From a virus, in IMG/VR virus record IMGVR_UViG_3300028841_000327: DNA of 40,443 nt. One strand, 5' to 3'. How positions within the stretch are numbered: position 1 is the first letter of the stretch; each line of letters begins with the position of its first letter. The position numbers were made by a program, and so were the translations under genes. Positions 35,669-40,443 of the stretch are shown one piece after another. A model generated the notes under the pieces. The model ran no database searches. It saw nothing but the letters and a program-made list of their open reading frames with translations, and was not told where the DNA came from.

Positions 35669-36037
35669 TCAGGCCGCCCGAACCGTGGCCGCAAGCGCGA
35701 CCAGGAGCGCGGCCAGCTCGCGTTCGTACACGTTCAGCGTGCGCTGGATGCTCGGCATGATGCGTTCCGAGACGATGAGGCTGCGACAGAGGTTCCCGAT
35801 CGTGTTCGCGATCAGGTACTGCGTCGACATGTACGGGCTGCCGAGGCGCGCCATGTCGGCGGCCCCGGTCAGGTAGGACAGCCTTCGGCAGAGTTCGGCG
35901 TCGGGATCGTTCTCTTCCTGGCCGATCGGCCGATGCACGGCAGACCACTCGACGGGGTCGGAGAACCCGAGGTCGTACCAGTCCGTTCGGAGGCGATCGA
36001 GGAACACTCGGATCACTTCGCGTTCGTCATGCGTCAT
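35669..36037 (-). CDS. Hypothetical protein (122 aa)
   Basis: ATGA coupling, GGAAGG RBS. Confidence 0.55.
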   Translation of the reverse strand: MTHDEREVIRVFLDRLRTDWYDLGFSDPVEWSAVHRPIGQEENDPDAELCRRLSYLTGAADMARLGSPYMSTQYLIANTIGNLCRSLIVSERIMPSIQRTLNVYERELAALLVALAATVRAA

Positions 36038-36435
36038 CGGAAGGCCCTTCCTGCCGCGCTCCGCGCGCGGCGCTTGCCCTTGGGCGCTTCGCGCACCGGG
36101 GGCGATGGGGTCGGCTGCGTCGCGTCGTACGCGAGGGTGGCCGACATGTAGAGGTAGCCGTAGGAGCGCCGCGGGCTGTACCGCAGCCGATAGAGGTCGC
36201 CCTCGATCGAGTAGGTGTTGCTGTCCGACGGATCGGGCAGGTTCGCGCGGAGCAGTGGCAGGGCCTTGCTGTTCAGCCAGGCCGCCATGGACTCGCGTTC
36301 CGCTTGGGAGGCTTCGCCCTCGACGCCGCTCCGGTCCAACAGGATGTCGAGGGAGCCGTCCCGAAGGATGGCGCGCGCCGACCAGTGGAACCGAGGGTCG
36401 CCCTCGGGTTCGAGCCCCCAACCCTTGGGAGGCAT
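36034..36435 (-). CDS. Hypothetical protein (133 aa)
   Basis: TGATG coupling; SP..SYGYLY motif. Confidence 0.6.
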   Translation of the reverse strand: MPPKGWGLEPEGDPRFHWSARAILRDGSLDILLDRSGVEGEASQAERESMAAWLNSKALPLLRANLPDPSDSNTYSIEGDLYRLRYSPRRSYGYLYMSATLAYDATQPTPSPPVREAPKGKRRARSAAGRAFR

Positions 36436-36638
36436 CAGTAGCCCCCGCGCTCGTCACGATCGGCGCAGCGGTCGCACTGGTAGCCGCGCGCCTTGTCGGC
36501 GGGCGTCAGGCGGTTCGGCGCCTTGCACGTGGGGCACGGGAGGTTGCGAGGGTTGGACCTCGACGCCGCCCGGAGAGCCGAGTGTCCCCTGGGGTCCGCG
36601 AATTCGAGATCCCCGCCGTCATCGTCATCGTAGTACAT
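36435..36638 (-). CDS. Small Zn-ribbon protein (67 aa)
   Basis: PRNLPCPTC..PNRLTPAD..RGYQCD.CAD; preceded by element. Confidence 0.7.
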   Translation of the reverse strand: MYYDDDDGGDLEFADPRGHSALRAASRSNPRNLPCPTCKAPNRLTPADKARGYQCDRCADRDERGGY

Positions 36639-36737
36639 GGCTTCCTTTCAGCGAGCCGAATGCCCGCGCCTCGACCCCGGAACCGGATGGTGTCCAGGGT
36701 CGAGGTGCGAGGGCGAACCGTTGGCCACCGGTTCGCC
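36639..36737 (-). promoter_or_regulatory. Full A-B-C intergenic structural element
   Basis: A GGCGAACCG..CGGTTCGCC; B CTCGCACCTCGACCCTGGA..TCCGGGGTCGAGGCGCGGG; C GCGGGC-ATTCG-GCTCGC then TGAAAGG. Confidence 0.75.
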
Positions 36738-36751
36738 TCGGAACGAAAACG

Positions 36752-36850
36752 TCAGTGCCCAGCCTTCCCCCCGTTCAAGGGCGCGCGGACTGGCTTCCCT
36801 GGGCACTGGCATGCGGCCGTCAGCCGCGTGTGTCTTCTGCGGTCGAGCAT
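36752..36850 (-). CDS. Possible 32-aa peptide MLDRRRHTRLTAACQCPGKPVRAPLNGGKAGH
   Basis: GGAGGA RBS, but overlaps a perfect 10-bp stem; may be non-coding. Confidence 0.3.
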   Translation of the reverse strand: MLDRRRHTRLTAACQCPGKPVRAPLNGGKAGH

Positions 36851-36873
36851 GAGTCCTCCGCTTGGGTGGTCGG

Positions 36874-37032
36874 TCACTCGATCGAATTGAACGCTTCGCG
36901 CAACTCGCGCCGCGCCTCGTGCCGCTCGCGCCGCCGCTGCGCCGCGCCGTGCCAAGCCAGGCACGGATCCTGATGACGCAGCCGAACCGAACGATCGCGC
37001 CGACGGTGGCGCGGCTTCTCACTGTGGAACAT
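36874..37032 (-). CDS. Small arginine-rich protein (52 aa), candidate RNA-binding factor
   Basis: MFHSEKPRHRRRDRSVRLRHQDPCLAWHGAAQRRRERHEARRELREAFNSIE; preceded by CCGCTGAAAGG SD; below ORF-track cutoff. Confidence 0.55.
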   Translation of the reverse strand: MFHSEKPRHRRRDRSVRLRHQDPCLAWHGAAQRRRERHEARRELREAFNSIE

Positions 37033-37332
37033 GGGTGCCTTTCAGCGGAGCAGTGGAGCCCCGCGTGAGACACCCCGAGACGTTGTCGGCGTCCGGCCGG
37101 ACCCACCGACGGAGCGACTGGAGAACCGTTCGACGGCGAAGGCTTCCTCAGTTTCCACACGTTGGGCTGCTCGTCCCATCGCCCCATGCCGCGGCACGGT
37201 TTGATTGTTGGGAGTCGCCAAGGCCACGATGGGCATGAGGAAGAGGAAACCCCTTCCGTGTCATGAACGGCGCTCGCTTGCGCCCACTACGTCTCAGGAT
37301 GTCTCACGCGAGGGGGAGCGCGAACGCTCCCC
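37033..37332 (-). promoter_or_regulatory. A-B-C element whose 23-bp stem B encloses a 207-nt insert
   Basis: Arms 37290-37312 and 37060-37082 pair completely with three G-U pairs on the minus strand. Confidence 0.75.
37083..37289 (-). ncRNA. Putative structured ncRNA of unknown family (207 nt)
   Basis: Nested helices GAGCG/CGCTC, CCGTTC/GAACGG, GAAGG/CCTTC, CTTCCTCA/TGAGGAAG, CCCATCG/CGATGGG; 3' hairpin; no SD-led ORF. Confidence 0.55.
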
Positions 37333-37339
37333 GCGCGTG

Positions 37340-37528
37340 TCAGCCAGTCTTGGCCGAGGTGTAGATGTTGAGCCCGAGCTTGACGTTCTCGCGGCCGGGG
37401 ATCGAAACCGAACCCTCGGTGCTCGCGACGATCTTGGACTTGCCGGAACTCGACATGCCGAAGTTGCGCGTGAGATCCACACGCACCACCAACACGTCAC
37501 CATCGATCTTCATGTCGACATTCTTCAT
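37340..37528 (-). CDS. Small beta-rich conserved hypothetical protein (62 aa)
   Basis: MKNVDMKIDGDVLVVRVDLTRNFGMSSSGKSKIVASTEG...KLGLNIY; GAGGAG RBS; resembles a widespread uncharacterised family (recollection only). Confidence 0.75.
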   Translation of the reverse strand: MKNVDMKIDGDVLVVRVDLTRNFGMSSSGKSKIVASTEGSVSIPGRENVKLGLNIYTSAKTG

Positions 37529-37623
37529 GGCGTTCTCCTCTCGCGGGGGAAAGGCCCGCGTGAGACACACCGAACCCGTGCGGCTCAGGATGTCTCACGC
37601 GAGGGGGAGCGCGAACGCTCCCC
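37529..37623 (-). promoter_or_regulatory. Full A-B-C intergenic structural element
   Basis: A GGGGAGCG-TTCG-CGCTCCCC; B CTCGCGTGAGACA..TGTCTCACGCGGG; C GCGGG..CCCGC then GAGAGGAG. Confidence 0.75.
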
Positions 37624-37628
37624 ACCCG

Positions 37629-37877
37629 CTACGCCTTGTCGTGCCCCGGGCGGCTCAGGGCGCGATGACGCCGCGCCTCCCGAAGATGGGCCTGTGCGAC
37701 CGCGAGGGAAGCGTCGACGAGGCGACTGTACGCCCTCCCGACGAGACCGTTCGCCCCGGCCGAGCGGCGCAGGTGACGCCGCGCATCCGCCAGAAACCGG
37801 GCCGCCGTGCGCTCCACGCGCGCCGCGTACCCCACACGGTCGACCTTCCGAAGCGACTTCCGCTGTGCTCGTGCCAT
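37629..37877 (-). CDS. Basic Arg/Ala-rich helical protein (82 aa)
   Basis: Preceded by CGCTGAAAGG element and followed immediately by hairpin A. Confidence 0.6.
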   Translation of the reverse strand: MARAQRKSLRKVDRVGYAARVERTAARFLADARRHLRRSAGANGLVGRAYSRLVDASLAVAQAHLREARRHRALSRPGHDKA

Positions 37878-37978
37878 GGTTGCCTTTCAGCGTTGCCCAC
37901 AACGGGCCCCGCGCCACGACCCCGGAACCGACAGGCGGATCCAGGGTCGAGGTGCGAGGGGGAGCGCGAACGCTCCCC
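37878..37978 (-). promoter_or_regulatory. Full A-B-C intergenic structural element
   Basis: A with TTCG loop; B CTCGCACCTCGACCCTGGA..TCCGGGGTCGTGGCGCGGG; C GCCC..GGGC then TGAAAGG. Confidence 0.75.
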
Positions 37979-37982
37979 GCTC

Positions 37983-38324
37983 CTACGTGGACTGCTCGAT
38001 TTCCATCAGGAAGGGCAGTGCCCACCCCGGAGTCGATTGCGCGGTGTAGAACGCATCGGCCTCGACGCGCTTGCCCTCGCGGAGACACCCGGAGACTTCG
38101 TTCGGGGTGCTCTCGTCATACATGGCGACGTCGAGTTCCCCGTTCGACATGATCCGCACCGAGATACACCCCCGCATGTTGGGTCGGCCGATGACGGCCA
38201 GCGTGGTGCTCTCAGCGCGGAGACGCCACCCTCGCCCCATGGGGTCGGTTTCGCGCGTGTGCCCCCCGCCCCATGGGAACGTGCCTTCCCACGACTGCTT
38301 GGCGGAGATCGAAAACTCCATCAT
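37983..38324 (-). CDS. Hypothetical protein (113 aa)
   Basis: Bracketed exactly by two elements. Confidence 0.65.
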   Translation of the reverse strand: MMEFSISAKQSWEGTFPWGGGHTRETDPMGRGWRLRAESTTLAVIGRPNMRGCISVRIMSNGELDVAMYDESTPNEVSGCLREGKRVEADAFYTAQSTPGWALPFLMEIEQST

Positions 38325-38416
38325 GGCTGCCTTTCAGCGGGCCCACCACGGGCCCCGCGCCACGACCCAGGAACGGATCCAGGGTCGAGGTGCGAGGGGG
38401 AGCGCGAACGCTCCCC
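38325..38416 (-). promoter_or_regulatory. Full A-B-C intergenic structural element
   Basis: A with TTCG loop; B CTCGCACCTCGACCCTGGA-TCCGT-TCCTGGGTCGTGGCGCGGG; C GCGGGGCCC..GGGCCCGC then TGAAAGG. Confidence 0.75.
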
Positions 38417-38422
38417 ACCACA

Positions 38423-39265
38423 CTACTTGCGACGCAGCCAGCGCTGGCCCGCGCCGAACGAATCGTCGCGCGCCTTGCCTTCCAAGTTGGCAGGCCGGTT
38501 CGGGGCGAGAACCACCCCGCCGCGACGTTGCACCATGTCCGCACCCGGACGCAGCTTGCCGAACTGCTCGCCATGTTCGTTCGACCACGCGAGGTTCGCG
38601 GCATTCGAGTCCAGCGCCGCTTGCGCAACGTTGTGACGCACCGACTGATACATGATCTCGACATCGCGGAGCGATCCGCCCCGTTCCATCCGAAGCCGCG
38701 CCCGAAGCGCGGTGTCGGGGTCGTGTTCCGCCATGAATTTGAACATGGCGTCGAGACTCACCCCGACCGCTTCGCGCTCCGGCTTCGGCTCCTCGCCGAT
38801 CGGGAGCATGGTCGTGTGATAGACCGGCCGCGTGAGAACGCTTCCGACGGATGCACACGTCTGACCGACGAGAGCCCCGGGCCTGTAGGCCGACGCGCTA
38901 CCGCGCCGACAGACGCCCAGTTGCTGAACGGACACCGCGTAGGCGAGCCGTTCGAGCGGTGTCGCGCCGTGGCCGAGGAGACGGAGCCCGCAACGCGAGC
39001 CGCCCCGCCGACACCCGACGCGGACCGTGGTCCGCACGTAGACTTGCCGCATGACGCCGCCCGGTTTCACCTCGCGATCGGTCGCTTCCGCGACGACCGG
39101 GGTCACCGTGGCCACGACCGCGACCGGGACAGGCGGAGGTTTGACCTCGACCTTCGGCGCCTTGGGCGCCTTGCGCTTGACCGGTTCGACCGGTTCGGGA
39201 GCAGCCGCCACGAGGCTAGGCCTCAGAGCCGCGGACCCCTGCACAATCCTGCGCATTGCACGCAT
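38423..39265 (-). CDS. Hypothetical protein (280 aa), first gene of the minus-strand unit
   Basis: CCGCGAAAGGAAACC-ATG start at 39265; Pro/Val/Lys-rich N-terminus. Confidence 0.55.
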   Translation of the reverse strand: MRAMRRIVQGSAALRPSLVAAAPEPVEPVKRKAPKAPKVEVKPPPVPVAVVATVTPVVAEATDREVKPGGVMRQVYVRTTVRVGCRRGGSRCGLRLLGHGATPLERLAYAVSVQQLGVCRRGSASAYRPGALVGQTCASVGSVLTRPVYHTTMLPIGEEPKPEREAVGVSLDAMFKFMAEHDPDTALRARLRMERGGSLRDVEIMYQSVRHNVAQAALDSNAANLAWSNEHGEQFGKLRPGADMVQRRGGVVLAPNRPANLEGKARDDSFGAGQRWLRRK

Positions 39266-40085
39266 GGTTTCCTTTCGCGGGCCCACCTTGGGCCTCGCAC
39301 CAAAACCCCGGTACTGCGCTTGCAGTCCAGGGCTTTGGCACGAGGGCGAATCTTGCGACTCGCCCCCGCACCAATCGAGGCTCACAACCTCGACAGGCCG
39401 GGGCACGTTACCGTGCAGACATGGGCCTTTGCTTTCGCGTTACCGCCCCCGTAGGGTTCACATACCAGCGACCCGCGACGCTTGCGCATCTAGCAGGCTC
39501 GCCGCTGTGATTTTGCGGCACCCGGGGCTCACAACCCCTTTCCAATCGTCAGGGCACGTCACCGTGCAACATAGACGCTTTCGCGACCGCCTCTTACGAG
39601 CGATTGCCTTGCAGCAACCCTTTGCGGTACCCGGCCTGTTCGACCGTTCCCGGACTCCCGCTAGGCCAGCCGGGGCTCGCAACCCTGACTTCCTAGACGG
39701 ACCGTGCCTGTAGCGCGCCGACCTTTGGCGTTTCCATGCTGCTAACACAAGCGCTCGTTTCCGAGGGGCGCGGGTGAAGCATGGCCCGGAACGATTCCGG
39801 GTGAAGCGTTGCACACCATATGCAACCGGTCGACACGACGTGACGTATGTAGCCTGTACGTAGGCCAGTCGCTATCCGCGTTGTTCGCGTTGTGAGAGGC
39901 CGCGGGGTAATCCCGTGGCATCGCGCCGCTTGCTTCGCTTGCGCACCGTAGAACCGGGCCCCTGTCACGGGGGGCCGAGTCTTCTAGGATGGAACCAAAC
40001 CACCCTAGATGTGCCTGTATTGCCGCCGCATTACCCCTATGGCGGGGGGGAGACGCTTAGTCGGAAACCGACAGTCAACGTCTAC
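39266..40085 (-). ncRNA. Putative ~820-nt structured leader / large ncRNA ending in an A-B-C element
   Basis: Dense hairpins with GNRA (GCAA, GTAA, GTGA, GAAA) and UNCG (TACG) loops and G-U pairs on the minus strand; three repeated units; lower GC; six CTAG in 39490-40092, rare in coding DNA here. Confidence 0.6.
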
Positions 40086-40113
40086 CAACTAGCGTTCCAT
40101 CGGACCAAACCCT

Positions 40114-40208
40114 CAAAGCAGAGCTTCTAACTCTGCAATGCAAAGCCAAAGCAGAGCTTGACAAAGCTCTGCCATGACCAAAGCAGAGTTTCTTGCGAAA
40201 GCAGAGCT
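40114..40208. repeat. Array of (C)AAAGCAGAG boxes, operator- or iteron-like, in the divergent region
   Basis: Direct copies at 40114, 40147, 40179, 40198; inverted CTCTGC at 40131 and 40167; palindrome GCAGAGCTT-GACA-AAGCTCTGC (40151-40172). Confidence 0.75.
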
Positions 40209-40360
40209 ACTGGTCGGGCGGTTAGGTAGTATGCGCGTTCAGGCACACGCTAGCGGAACGCGAGGCGCGCGGCAAGTGTCGAATCGTTCGCGCTCGATCG
40301 TGCGAGTGTCGCGCGGCGCATCGCTCGCACGTGGCGCGCGTGGTCGGCTACCATGTTCGC

Positions 40361-40443
40361 ATGCGTACGTGGCAGAAAGTAGCAATCGGTCTCGGAACCC
40401 TCGCCATGATCGGCGTGGCCGTGACGTGGACGAGCGAGGCGCG
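40361..40443 (+). CDS. Start of a divergent gene with signal-peptide-like N-terminus (truncated by window edge)
   Basis: MRTWQKVAIGLGTLAMIGVAVTWTSEA..., open to window end. Confidence 0.45.
   Translation, partial: MRTWQKVAIGLGTLAMIGVAVTWTSEA

Larger units (their letters stand above)
37293..38416. repeat. Dispersed direct repeats flanking single genes
   Basis: GGGGAGCGCGAACGCTCCCC x4 (37313, 37604, 37959, 38397); 40-bp identical pair 37293-37332/37584-37623; 43-bp identical pair 37936-37978/38374-38416. Confidence 0.9.
1..40443. mobile_element. Phage/prophage-like (or large MGE) early, replication and DNA-modification gene module, probably myxobacterial host
   Basis: ~39 kb of co-oriented short unknown ORFs with ATGA/GTGA/TGATG coupling, plus Mom, DNA methyltransferases, ParB-like, Cro-like and HTH replication genes; no housekeeping operons; no structural or integrase genes in window. 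Confidence 0.75.

Noticed and set aside
37130-37160. Hammerhead ribozyme (CTGAGGA and GAAA on minus strand)
   Set aside because: GAAA directly precedes CUGAGGA with no intervening stems; required topology absent
37060-37312. Retron msr/msd bounded by a1/a2 inverted repeats
   Set aside because: No reverse transcriptase in window and the same stem occurs without an insert at 37529-37623
37293-38416. CRISPR array from the four palindromic 20-bp repeats
   Set aside because: Spacing is 291-438 bp and each interval holds a whole gene with RBS; no cas genes seen
37313-38416. Hairpin A as a classical intrinsic terminator
   Set aside because: No U-tract on either side; it runs straight into stem B
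32713-39365. Integron attC sites
   Set aside because: No RYYYAAC/GTTRRRY core boxes and no integrase in window; tetraloops and wobble pattern favour RNA
32713-39365. Frpo-like ssDNA promoters of a conjugative leading region
   Set aside because: No recognisable -35/-10 hexamers in the stems and no relaxase or oriT evidence; not fully excluded because G-T pairs also form in ssDNA
39552-39570. c-di-GMP-II riboswitch (plus-strand GGGCAC..GTGCAAC)
   Set aside because: Kink-turn and pseudoknot elements missing; loop reads as GNRA on the opposite strand
39376-39690. Twister ribozyme (GGUUGUGAGCCC resembles the L4 loop)
   Set aside because: The 39376 copy requires a 7-nt loop rather than 8, and the pseudoknot partners and P1 could not be placed consistently
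40130-40152. Sigma54 promoter (minus TTGGCTTTGCATTGCA)
   Set aside because: GG-to-GC spacing is 9 nt rather than the required 10
1-40443. tRNA, rRNA or tmRNA genes
   Set aside because: No cloverleaf with correctly placed T-loop and acceptor stem was found by eye; tRNAscan-SE or ARAGORN would be needed to exclude them

Overview
GC-rich (roughly 70% by eye) segment of a phage/prophage-like or other large mobile element. About 70 tightly packed, often start/stop-coupled genes all lie on the minus strand from ~39.3 kb to 0.1 kb. No virion, lysis, integrase or conjugation genes are visible, so the element type is inferred. A lipoprotein with D-T-G repeats and a CxDxDGDG...DC motif points to a myxobacterial host (inference). 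Recognisable genes: tandem-HTH replication-initiator-like protein, DUF6884-like protein, SLOG+DUF488 fusion, Cro/XRE HTH, Mom-family DNA modification enzyme, DEDDh exonuclease (Rv2179c/RNase AS-like), a 1292-aa amino-methyltransferase + SF2 helicase fusion, ParB-like protein, a C5 cytosine methyltransferase with internal repeats, and a ComM/YifB homologue with its ATPase motifs destroyed. The most striking content is non-coding and lies in the first-transcribed 9 kb (31.1-40.2 kb). (1) An ~820-nt, hairpin-dense, ORF-poor leader with three internally repeated structural units. (2) About a dozen intergenic elements share one architecture: hairpin A, a long imperfect stem B, and a GCGG..CCGC hairpin C abutting a GAAAGG Shine-Dalgarno; they punctuate small unknown genes like cassettes. 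(3) One stem B encloses a separate 207-nt structured RNA. (4) Next to it is a small Arg-rich protein with a lambda-N-like AQRRRER motif. Together these suggest an undescribed RNA-structure-based processing or antitermination system. All family calls come from recognising motifs by eye and all structures were paired by hand; no searches or folding programs were run.
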